From: Patescibacteria group bacterium
GTDB taxonomy: Bacteria > Patescibacteriota > Saccharimonadia > Saccharimonadales > JANWIN01
Length of the DNA: 64,000 bases
Direction of reading: 5' to 3'
NCBI GenBank assembly: GCA_035480855.1
Contig: DATIHJ010000013.1
Coordinates: 45,659-109,658 of the forward strand
Below, in pieces: positions 56,534 to 64,000 of this stretch (position 1 is the stretch's first letter; every line of letters starts with the position of its first letter). The translations under genes and the position numbers were made by a program. The notes beneath the pieces were generated by a model. It made no database searches. It had not been told where the DNA came from and saw nothing but the letters and a program-made list of their open reading frames with translations.

Positions 56534-57124
56534 ATGGATTTCACGCAGCGCAATGCGCAACACAACCAATCTAGTAATTCAGACGTTGCTCCTAGTGGCA
56601 GTAGCACACATCATAAGGGTAACCGTAGACGAGGATTTAGCTGGCTACGAGGCGCCAGCGTCCTATTACTGTTTTCCTCGACTATTCTGGTTGTAGCACT
56701 GCTTATTTCTATTGTACATAGTACCCCCACTAACCAGTTTAAATATGTAAATGACACAGAAAACCAAGCAGTCTTCCTCAGTAACGGCCAGGTCTACTTC
56801 GGTCATATTAGATCAATAAACGACAAATACATGCGCCTCGACTCCATCTATTATCTGCAGGTTAACCAACAGGTTCAGCCAGACGGTAAAACACAGACCG
56901 GTAACCCCACATTGGTACCTCTAGGTTGTGAGCTCCATCGCCCAGAAAACGAGATGCTCTTAAACACTTCTCAAGTGACATTCTGGGAGAACCTCAAGAA
57001 TGATGCTAACGAAAACACTGTGCCAGGTGCAATCAAGAAAGATCTAGCTGCTAACCCCAATGGCCACACTTGCTCCAGCACTCCAACATCTAGCACTCCA
57101 AACACTTCAACCAGCAAACAATAG
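56534..57124 (+). CDS. Membrane-anchored hypothetical protein
   Basis: 196 aa. TM VLLLFSSTILVVALLISIV, an extracytoplasmic domain with a Cys pair, and an S/T-rich tail. Confidence 0.5.
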   Translation: MDFTQRNAQHNQSSNSDVAPSGSSTHHKGNRRRGFSWLRGASVLLLFSSTILVVALLISIVHSTPTNQFKYVNDTENQAVFLSNGQVYFGHIRSINDKYMRLDSIYYLQVNQQVQPDGKTQTGNPTLVPLGCELHRPENEMLLNTSQVTFWENLKNDANENTVPGAIKKDLAANPNGHTCSSTPTSSTPNTSTSKQ

Positions 57125-57212
57125 TAGGCAAAACTAAGCCACCTGGACTTAGTCGGCATTTAATAGGTATTTAACTTAACCCGTTAACTATTATTTGTTA
57201 TAGTATTTGGCA

Positions 57213-57971
57213 ATGGCACAATCAATGTTGGAGGTAAAAGATCTAACTAAGCGCTACGATGATAAAAAAGTCGTAGACGGCATTAGCTTTAGCGTAAACA
57301 AGGGCGAAATTTTTGGCATACTAGGGCCCAATGGTGCTGGCAAAACCACCACCCTTGAGATGATAGAGACCATACGTACTATTGATGGCGGACAGGCCAT
57401 AGTAGACGGTCTGAACGTGGCTGAGCACCCCCAGGCAGTCAAACGTATTATTGGGGTCCAGCCCCAAAGTCCAGCCTTCATGGACAAGGTCAAGCTTACA
57501 GAGCAGCTAGAGCAAATGGCTGCAGCCTACGGACAACGAGTTAATGCTAAGCAACTTCTAAAAGAAGTTGGACTAAGCGGAAAGGCAAGCAGCTATGTAG
57601 AACAACTATCTGGCGGGCAAAAACAGCGCTTTAGTATAGTTGCATCTTTAGTACACAAACCCAAAGTATTTTTTATGGATGAGCCAACTACAGGCTTAGA
57701 CCCCCAGGCCCGCCGTAACTTATGGGAATTAGTGCAGAACATCCGTAACAAAGGAACAACTGTTATTGTGACCACGCACTATATGGAAGAGGCTCAGCTA
57801 TTATGCGACAGAGTAGCTATCATGGATAATGGCCAGATTGTAGCCTTAGATTCACCCAAAAACCTTGTCAAAAAGCTGCTGGCACGCGGTTTTAAGAAAT
57901 CGCAGCATGTAGAGCAGGCTGATCTGGAAGATGTGTTTATTGATCTTACCGGCAAGGAGCTACGCTCGTGA
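57213..57971 (+). CDS. ABC transporter ATP-binding protein
   Basis: GPNGAGKTT, LSGGQKQRFSI and FFMDEPTTGLD. The ATG at 57213 is preferred over the TTG at 57207; TGTTATAGT lies 8 nt upstream. Confidence 0.9.
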   Translation: MAQSMLEVKDLTKRYDDKKVVDGISFSVNKGEIFGILGPNGAGKTTTLEMIETIRTIDGGQAIVDGLNVAEHPQAVKRIIGVQPQSPAFMDKVKLTEQLEQMAAAYGQRVNAKQLLKEVGLSGKASSYVEQLSGGQKQRFSIVASLVHKPKVFFMDEPTTGLDPQARRNLWELVQNIRNKGTTVIVTTHYMEEAQLLCDRVAIMDNGQIVALDSPKNLVKKLLARGFKKSQHVEQADLEDVFIDLTGKELRS

Positions 57972-59080
57972 GAATGGGCAAAAAATTATTACCGGTATGG
58001 GTCTTTGGCAAAGTGGCTATCCGCAGAGCTTTTCGCGACAAAACCGCTATGTTCTTTCTTTTCATGTTCCCACTAATCTTTCTATTCATATTCGGCGGTA
58101 TCTTTGGCAAAAACAGTAGTGTTAGCTTCCATGTAGCCCTTATAAACCAATCAGATGCAGCCTTTTCCAAGCAGTTTGTGAGCCAATTAGAGCAGAATAA
58201 AGCCTTTAAAATTGACGTTAAAGCCACCAGCCTGGACCAAGCGAGAGAAAAATTAAGCAGAGGGCAACTAGATGCCGCAATTGTACTTCCACCGAATTTT
58301 GGAGATGTTAAGGACCAAAGTTACCCCAGCGGACAAGCCAAAATTTACTACACTAACAATAGCCAGCAAGCTGCTCAAACACTTCAATCGGTGCTTAGTG
58401 CGGTATTTGGAAGCATTAACCAGACTTATGTTAAAGCACAGGTTCCTTTTAGTGTGACTAGCCAGGAGCTAAACACTAAAAGTTTGAGGCCTTTTGACTA
58501 CACGTTTGCTGGACTTCTCGGGTTTACGATTATTGGGCTTGGTATATTTGGGCCGGTCAATTACTTTCCTGAGCTTAAAAAGCAAGGCGTGCTTAGGCGC
58601 CTGCACACAACTCCGCTCAGAGTTTGGCAATTCTTCTCAGCAAACGTTTTTTCCCAATCTGTTATTGGACTGTTATCTGTACTTCTAATGTTCATAGCAG
58701 CAATAATATTCTTTCATCTTAAGGTCAGCGGCAATGTCATTGATCTAGTGCTGTTTACCGTATTTAGTATTATCACTATTTTAGGTATTGGACTGGCAAT
58801 AGGTGGCTGGGCCAAGGACCAGAATCAGTCTGCACCCTTAACTAACATAATTGTATTCCCTATGTTTTTCTTATCTGGTACTTTCTTTCCACGCTTTTTG
58901 ATGCCTCAATGGCTGCAAAAAGTTTCAACATTTTTGCCATTAACGCCGGTAATCGATGGCATGAGGCTAATTATTACCGAGGGCAAACATTTGTGGCAAA
59001 TTGGCCCCCAGCTGGGGTTGATGGCAATATGGACAATAGTTATTTACTTTATAGCTTTCAAAATATTCCGCTGGGAATAG
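57968..59080 (+). CDS. ABC-2 type transporter permease with large extracytoplasmic loop
   Basis: 370 aa: TM1, then a ~150-aa loop, then five TM segments. It has a 4-nt overlap with the ATPase gene. Confidence 0.8.
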   Translation: MRMGKKLLPVWVFGKVAIRRAFRDKTAMFFLFMFPLIFLFIFGGIFGKNSSVSFHVALINQSDAAFSKQFVSQLEQNKAFKIDVKATSLDQAREKLSRGQLDAAIVLPPNFGDVKDQSYPSGQAKIYYTNNSQQAAQTLQSVLSAVFGSINQTYVKAQVPFSVTSQELNTKSLRPFDYTFAGLLGFTIIGLGIFGPVNYFPELKKQGVLRRLHTTPLRVWQFFSANVFSQSVIGLLSVLLMFIAAIIFFHLKVSGNVIDLVLFTVFSIITILGIGLAIGGWAKDQNQSAPLTNIIVFPMFFLSGTFFPRFLMPQWLQKVSTFLPLTPVIDGMRLIITEGKHLWQIGPQLGLMAIWTIVIYFIAFKIFRWE

Positions 59081-59108
59081 CCCGGAGATTGCAATATAAG
59101 CATAAGTG

Positions 59109-59117
59109 TGATATAAT
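59109..59117 (+). promoter_or_regulatory. Consensus extended -10 box TGATATAAT, 7 nt upstream of the ATG at 59125
   Basis: TGATATAAT-CTTTACT-ATG. Confidence 0.45.
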
Positions 59118-59124
59118 CTTTACT

Positions 59125-59502
59125 ATGTCTCCAAAAAACCCTAATATTAATCAAGAACCTCAGCAAGGATTTCTTTTTAAAGACGTCAGACCTGGAACAA
59201 CAGAGCCTGACCAAATCGCTAATCAAACTCAGCATTTTGAATTAACTCCTGAAGGTGAATTTCCTGAAGCGATTGAACCAACTATTCCCGAAACTGATCC
59301 AGCTACTCACTCAGCTGTAGTCACCAATAGGCGCCACAGAGCCCAATTAGGTAAACATTCGCCGTTAGAGCGAGACGGTAACTACTCAAATGTAAAAGTC
59401 GGAGATGTTTTACCTGGATTTGGTCCAGTAACTCATACAAATCGTAGTGCTGCCGAACAATATGCCCATAAGCTTGATTCTGAAAGATCTAATAAAAAAT
59501 AG
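59125..59502 (+). CDS. Hypothetical, mostly disordered acidic/Pro-rich protein
   Basis: 125 aa from the ATG at 59125. The track start at 58909 overlaps the permease gene in another frame and is rejected. Confidence 0.4.
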   Translation: MSPKNPNINQEPQQGFLFKDVRPGTTEPDQIANQTQHFELTPEGEFPEAIEPTIPETDPATHSAVVTNRRHRAQLGKHSPLERDGNYSNVKVGDVLPGFGPVTHTNRSAAEQYAHKLDSERSNKK

Positions 59503-59574
59503 ATATTTAACGTTCCTATCCAAAACACTTCAATATCGACATTTCCAGGGGTAAGGTGTAAAATAACCAATCCA

Positions 59575-60567
59575 ATGGCTGAGTCGCATGGAAGAGAACT
59601 ACCAGAATATTTAAGCGAAGCTGACCAAAAGCGTTTTATTGAAGATGCAGATTTTCGGGAAGAGCGTCGTGAAAGAAAACGAGGCGATATTCCCAATCCG
59701 AAGCTAGATAGTATACTTAGGGGCTATAAACGCACTTGGTTATATGATGGTAGTACGCCAGTTCCACCCATAGAAGCTCTACCTGATGAACTAGCACATC
59801 GACTTGAAGTTAAGATGCGTCGTATGCGTCCTGTAGTTGATGAAATAACACGACATTATAACCTAGGTATTGCAAACAAAGTAGCCCTTAGGCCCTATAT
59901 AGAAGTTCCGGCAGAACGATTCAAGTCCAAAGTTAGCGAAGAAGGTCATGATGAGACCGCATTGGAAATATTGGAACAAGCGACTATACGCATTCCAATC
60001 CATGTTGGCGACAACCTACAGCGCAACCTCTGGCTCAAAACTAGGATTTCTCAGCTACGTTTAGCTAACCTAGAAAGGTTTGCCGCTCATTCGGATGCAG
60101 ATTGGTCAGAAGAAGGCAATGTGTTAGCGGTTGTCTCTGATGCAATAGCGGACTTCGGCTACTGTTTACGTAACGATGATGGAATAGGCAGAAAGTTACA
60201 AGGCGATGAAAACGATATTCAAAGAAAAATTCAAACTGGAAATAGAAAAGCTTCGGACAAACTGTTAGTTGATGGACTACTTAGAAATGTGGGTGTTGAT
60301 AGAACGATGGGAAATACTATTGAACATATTGGCTTATATATCTCAGATGGACACTCTGATTTTTTATCAGAAAATCTAGGACTCGTAGCTCTAGTAAGAT
60401 CACAACAGCAAGTGCGAAGTGATTACTGGGGTAGTAGGTTAGCAACAACCATGGAAGAGTTAGGTGAAGTTTTACCCGAGACTGAACGTGAAACTGATCG
60501 CATATTAGTGGGTTGGCTTGAAGAACTTTACGGTAGCCCAGAACCAAGACCAGAACTTTCTCAATGA
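59575..60567 (+). CDS. Hypothetical protein (330 aa), translationally coupled to dus
   Basis: No recognisable motif. Its stop overlaps the dus ATG (ATGA). Confidence 0.5.
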   Translation: MAESHGRELPEYLSEADQKRFIEDADFREERRERKRGDIPNPKLDSILRGYKRTWLYDGSTPVPPIEALPDELAHRLEVKMRRMRPVVDEITRHYNLGIANKVALRPYIEVPAERFKSKVSEEGHDETALEILEQATIRIPIHVGDNLQRNLWLKTRISQLRLANLERFAAHSDADWSEEGNVLAVVSDAIADFGYCLRNDDGIGRKLQGDENDIQRKIQTGNRKASDKLLVDGLLRNVGVDRTMGNTIEHIGLYISDGHSDFLSENLGLVALVRSQQQVRSDYWGSRLATTMEELGEVLPETERETDRILVGWLEELYGSPEPRPELSQ

Positions 60568-61502
60568 CAGACTTGCCCAAACCGTTCTTTGTATTGGCTC
60601 CCATGGAAGATGTTACCGACACTGTTTTTCGGCAGGTTGTAGCTAGCACAGCTTCTCCAGACCTATTTTTCACCGAATTTGTAAACGTAGATGGTTTGCA
60701 GAGTCCGGGCAGGGAAAAGCTATTGCCTAAATTTTGGTTTACAGATAAGGAACGACCAATTATTGCCCAAATTTGGGGCAAAATACCAGAAAATTTCTAC
60801 AAAACCGCTAAGGAATTGGTAAAAATGGGTTACGACGGAGTGGACATTAACTTTGGCTGTCCAGAAAGAGGCGTAATCAAGAATGGCTGTTGCATCGCCA
60901 TGATAAATAACAGGGAACTAGCAGGGGAGATAATCCAAGCCGTAAGGGAAGGGGTTGGCGATTCCCTTCCCGTCTCTGTCAAAACTAGGCTGGGGCTAAG
61001 CGAAGTGGACTATAGCTGGCACGAGTTCCTTCTGGGACACAAACTTAACATGTTAAGTATCCATGGGCGAACAGCTAAACAAATGAGCAAAGTTCCCGCA
61101 GACTGGTACGCTATACAGCACATACGGGAAATGCGCGACCGTCTCTTCCCTGCTACTTTGATTGTTGGCAATGGCGATGTTATGGACCGCGCTCAAGGCT
61201 TAACGATGGCTAAAAAACATGGTCTTGATGGAATCATGATTGGCAGAGGTATTTTTAATGACCCATTTGCCTTTGCCAACAAAAGCCCGTGGGCAGGTTA
61301 TAGCAAACAGCAAAAAATCTCTCTCTACAAAGCCCATGTGGAGTTATTTGCCAAAACTTGGAAGAATAATGAACGCAAAGTCTACACCCTAAATAAGTTT
61401 TGTAAGGTTTATATAAACGGTTTTGACGGCGCCAAAGAACTCCGAGAGCAACTAATGAAGGCAGGTTCCACAGAAGAACTCTTAAATATCTTAAGTGATT
61501 AG
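60564..61502 (+). CDS. dus: tRNA-dihydrouridine synthase
   Basis: FFVLAPMEDVTDTVFRQV, VDINFGCP (with a catalytic Cys region nearby), HGRT and GNGDV, the Dus TIM-barrel motifs. Confidence 0.85.
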   Translation: MTDLPKPFFVLAPMEDVTDTVFRQVVASTASPDLFFTEFVNVDGLQSPGREKLLPKFWFTDKERPIIAQIWGKIPENFYKTAKELVKMGYDGVDINFGCPERGVIKNGCCIAMINNRELAGEIIQAVREGVGDSLPVSVKTRLGLSEVDYSWHEFLLGHKLNMLSIHGRTAKQMSKVPADWYAIQHIREMRDRLFPATLIVGNGDVMDRAQGLTMAKKHGLDGIMIGRGIFNDPFAFANKSPWAGYSKQQKISLYKAHVELFAKTWKNNERKVYTLNKFCKVYINGFDGAKELREQLMKAGSTEELLNILSD

Positions 61503-61528
61503 ATTATAGAGACTACTTATATCAGAAT

Positions 61529-61777
61529 TTAAGAAGCAGGAGGGTGGCCGTGCGCTTCATCAAAAGCTCTTAACTCTGCAATAAGACCAACATGTTCTTC
61601 GCTATCATAAAATACTCGATCTCTATGAGTTGCAAGTGCATTACTGACTACACGACTTATGGGGTTACTTGCTGATGCTCGCCACTGATATGCCCTATCC
61701 CGTGCTGCCTCAGCAGTTTTACTCGCTTGTATCGCTTCAAAGAATGTGTCGTCGTCCGTAGCTTGTTCTTTACCCAT
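61529..61777 (-). CDS. Hypothetical protein
   Basis: 82 aa, helical and acidic, with an ATG start. No family recognised. Confidence 0.4.
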   Translation of the reverse strand: MGKEQATDDDTFFEAIQASKTAEAARDRAYQWRASASNPISRVVSNALATHRDRVFYDSEEHVGLIAELRAFDEAHGHPPAS

Positions 61778-61827
61778 ATCAAATTTTATACCATACTAAC
61801 AGATAAGAAACAAACAAAATGCAAGCC

Positions 61828-61903
61828 TGGTGGGGCAGGTTGGAGTTGAACCAACCACCAAGCGATTATGAGTCGCCTGCTCTAACCGATGAGCTACTGC
61901 CCC
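61828..61903 (-). tRNA. tRNA with CAT anticodon (elongator Met, or Ile2 if lysidine-modified), genomically encoded CCA
   Basis: Hand-folded cloverleaf: GGGGCAG-TA-GCTC-ATCGGTTA-GAGC-A-GGCGA-CTCATAA-TCGCT-TGGTG-GTTGG-TTCAACT-CCAAC-CTGCCCC-ACCA. All four stems pair. Confidence 0.9.
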
Positions 61904-61970
61904 GTTTTGTTACCCAGTAACAGATGAGAGTATAGCAGAATATGACAGAAGTTATATAATAGATGATGTA

Positions 61971-62429
61971 GTGTTTGAAAAAATAAAAAAGTATCACAAA
62001 CATCCATTTGTTTCGCAGCTGCGCGATATGCGATCGCTGGGGCTAATTGTATTTGGCGTAATTGCCCTGATGGTCACCTGGAGCGGTATTAAGGCCGTTC
62101 AGGCCAACTACGCCCTACAAAAGCAGATCTCTACCCTCCAGCAGCAAACAAGTATTCAGACGCTTCAAAACAACAATCTAAAGCTCCAAAACCAATACCT
62201 AAACACTCCTCAATTTTTGGAACTATCAGCTCGGCGTAACTTTGGCCTAGCTGCTCCTGGTGAAAAAGAACTTATAGTACCCAAAAGTGTGGCCCTGGCC
62301 CATATAGTGAGCGTACCCGGCGCAAAAGTAGGCGACGTAACTTCAGATGTAATTGTGCCCAGGCCTGCCTATCAGGAAAACTTCCAAGCTTGGATTAACT
62401 TTTTCCTCCACCGCCCAACAAGCCAATAG
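61971..62429 (+). CDS. FtsB/DivIC-like septum formation initiator
   Basis: A single TM (LGLIVFGVIALMVTW), then a Q/L-rich coiled coil (ANYALQKQISTLQQQTSIQTLQNNNLKLQNQ) and a LELSARRNFGLAAPGE-type conserved tail. GTG start. Confidence 0.55.
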   Translation: MFEKIKKYHKHPFVSQLRDMRSLGLIVFGVIALMVTWSGIKAVQANYALQKQISTLQQQTSIQTLQNNNLKLQNQYLNTPQFLELSARRNFGLAAPGEKELIVPKSVALAHIVSVPGAKVGDVTSDVIVPRPAYQENFQAWINFFLHRPTSQ

Positions 62430-62742
62430 ATTTAGATTCTGCTTCTGTGAGTGAAGTAGAGTACGTACACTCACGCCTTAATTCTCCCCAGCTTGGTGAT
62501 CGTGAAATTTGTCCCACTGGGCATTTACCAGAAAGGTCCTCTTCTAGTTCTAGAAGTGCATCTGTAAGTGTAAACCGGGCAACTGATTGATCTGCCCGTG
62601 CGTTCTGTGCTGCAGTTACTGAGTCTATAACTCTCCTTGCAAGCGTAGCGCTTTTGGAAAACACATTCTCACAACCTCTGCAACGGGCAGGGGCAGTATC
62701 CATAATTTGCTGGGTTATACTGGAGTCTAGACTCTCTACCAT
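62395..62742 (-). CDS. Hypothetical 4-Cys protein (uncertain gene)
   Basis: It fills an otherwise 445-bp gap. The ATG at 62742 is preceded by AAAGG. It contains CRGC plus two further Cys. No family recognised. Confidence 0.3.
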   Translation of the reverse strand: MVESLDSSITQQIMDTAPARCRGCENVFSKSATLARRVIDSVTAAQNARADQSVARFTLTDALLELEEDLSGKCPVGQISRSPSWGELRRECTYSTSLTEAESKSIGLLGGGGKS

Positions 62743-62880
62743 AGTTGCCTTTAGGGTACTCCCATCACATTTTTTTGCAAGTTGCAACCTATGCTTACTG
62801 GCAATATCTTTATCTAATACTCAGCAGATCTTAAAGTTTTTACGCTAGTATATAAACATTAGTAACCATAAAAGTTGATA

Positions 62881-63390
62881 ATGTATCCCGAAGAACCCAC
62901 TAATGCTAAACAGAAAACTTTAGCAGCCATAACCATTGGTATTGCTGTATTTTTAGTTACTATTGGAGTAAAAGCATACAACGAAAAACAAAAGCCAACT
63001 TCTTCGTCAAATAATATTACTTCTACTCAAACTCCTACCACTATCACTAGCAAACCAAGCAGCACTAGTCCAACTTCCTCTTCTTCGCCTTCAAGCTTCA
63101 AGGACGGTACATATACTGCATCTGTAGACTATTTTGTCCCACCCGGACAAGAAACCATCCAGATCAACCTTACGATAAAAGGTGGAATAGTTACCGGCTC
63201 CTCTGTTCAAAACAGTGAGAACAACCCTACTTCTGCACAGTTTCAGCAAGATTTTGCCGCAGAATATAAAAGTATGGTTGTTGGTAAAAACATTAATGGT
63301 CTGCGGCTATTTAGTGTGGCAGGCGCATCCGATACTACCCAAGGCTTTAATAACGCTGTGCAGCAAATTCAAAACCAAGCGGCTGTATAG
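62881..63390 (+). CDS. Membrane-anchored FMN-binding-domain protein (flavinylation substrate candidate)
   Basis: N-terminal TM, an S/T/P linker, then FKDGTYTASVDY...IKGGIVTG...FSVAGASDTTQGFNNAV resembling the FMN_bind domain and its [ST]GA[ST] flavinylation site. Confidence 0.6.
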   Translation: MYPEEPTNAKQKTLAAITIGIAVFLVTIGVKAYNEKQKPTSSSNNITSTQTPTTITSKPSSTSPTSSSSPSSFKDGTYTASVDYFVPPGQETIQINLTIKGGIVTGSSVQNSENNPTSAQFQQDFAAEYKSMVVGKNINGLRLFSVAGASDTTQGFNNAVQQIQNQAAV

Positions 63391-63395
63391 GCGAA

Positions 63396-64000
63396 ATGTC
63401 GTCTCGCAAAACATCCTTCACTGCAATTGGCACAAAATGGTCTATAACAGTTCACGATAGTGTAACTACTGATAAATGGCAAAAACTTCTTACTACTATC
63501 CAAAAACGCATAGATATTTTTGATAAAACCTATTCAAGATTTATGCCCGACTCTTTGGTGAGCAGAATGTCCAAAAAAGCCGGTATTTACCCACTGCCTA
63601 TCGATGCCAATAAGCTTCTTAAGTTCTACGAACAACTCTACCTGGCCACATCTGGCCAAGTCACACCGCTAATAGGACAGGCACTCTCTGATGCTGGATA
63701 CGACGCCAAATATTCATTTGCAAGTAAGCCTTTAACAAAGCCTCCAACATGGGAAGATACCATAAAATATGACCACAAAAAATTAGAACTTAGTCGTCCT
63801 GCTTTGCTTGATTTTGGGGCAGCTGGTAAGGGGTATCTTGTAGACATACTTAGCGCCATAATAGCCAAGGCTGGCATTCATGATTACGTGATTGATGCTA
63901 GTGGCGATATACTTCACCGCAGCTCATTTAATAAGCCTATATCGATAGGTTTGGAAAACCCCATGAATTTAAAACAAGTTATAGGTATAGCAAGACTAAG
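63396..64000 (+). CDS. apbE: ApbE-family FAD:protein FMN transferase, partial (runs off the right edge)
   Basis: Not in the ORF track because it is edge-truncated. My translation reads MSSRKTSFTAIGTKWSITV...FDKTYSRFMPDSLVSRM...LLDFGAAGKGYLVDIL...VIDASGDIL, which carries the ApbE motifs. Confidence 0.8.
   Translation, partial: MSSRKTSFTAIGTKWSITVHDSVTTDKWQKLLTTIQKRIDIFDKTYSRFMPDSLVSRMSKKAGIYPLPIDANKLLKFYEQLYLATSGQVTPLIGQALSDAGYDAKYSFASKPLTKPPTWEDTIKYDHKKLELSRPALLDFGAAGKGYLVDILSAIIAKAGIHDYVIDASGDILHRSSFNKPISIGLENPMNLKQVIGIARL

Noticed and set aside
58909-59124. Track ORF start that makes a 197-aa protein overlapping the ABC-2 permease 3' end.
   Set aside because: The overlapping part is a different frame of a well-supported permease gene. 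A consensus extended -10 at 59109-59117 and the ATG at 59125 give a cleaner start.
61828-61903. Possibility that the CAT-anticodon tRNA is the initiator tRNA-fMet.
   Set aside because: Positions 1-72 form a normal G-C pair, and the anticodon stem (GGCGA/TCGCT) lacks the three consecutive G-C pairs typical of bacterial initiators. It is therefore an elongator Met or Ile2.

Overview
This 64-kb chromosomal segment reads like a small-genome, Gram-positive-type bacterium, probably of the Patescibacteria/CPR and Saccharibacteria-like. The taxonomy is inference from gene content only. I support about 70 CDS, one tRNA and one riboswitch. I saw no rRNA, CRISPR array, transposase or integrase, and TGA is used as a stop codon. 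LEFT HALF (about 1.5-35.5 kb): a very large envelope-glycan island. It encodes GDP-mannose supply (manC plus a eukaryotic-type HAD phosphomannomutase), GDP-D-rhamnose or 6-deoxy-talose synthesis (gmd, rmd-like) and dTDP-L-rhamnose synthesis (rmlABCD). It also holds a Wzm/Wzt ABC exporter whose Wzt has a C-terminal extension, a GT2-GT4 fusion, several GT4/GT-B enzymes and a sugar methyltransferase. Further genes are a WbaP-type initiating phosphotransferase, an O-antigen-ligase/polymerase-like protein, three GtrA paralogs, three polyprenyl-phosphate GT2 enzymes and three large polytopic GT-C-like proteins, one of them fused to a PIG-L deacetylase domain. Embedded in the island is a secreted protein ending in two tandem bulb-type lectin domains. 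The extreme left edge has two tandem TrbC/VirB2-like pilin genes and a hicBA toxin-antitoxin pair. RIGHT HALF: housekeeping and transport genes. These include nadD, a Kef-type antiporter, DsbA, CorC, type-2 AspRS, a Pif1-like helicase with HRDC, and two ABC-2 exporters. Also present are tsaC, MazG, Nudix, PNPOx-like, DNPH1-like, MurC-like, dus, FtsB-like and an FMN-bind/ApbE pair, plus about a dozen unknowns. The observations I rate highest are these. (1) The tandem-MMBL lectin protein sits next to a D-rhamnan-type pathway, an LlpA-like logic. (2) A compact cobalamin-riboswitch-like leader with an SD-sequestering terminator lies in front of an unknown Zn-ribbon protein and nadD. (3) There is a GT-C::PIG-L fusion with its GtrA/GtrB partners. 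(4) A recurrent extended -10 box lies 6-9 nt from start codons, implying widespread leaderless mRNAs. All functional calls come from reading the translations and recalling family motifs; no searches were run.
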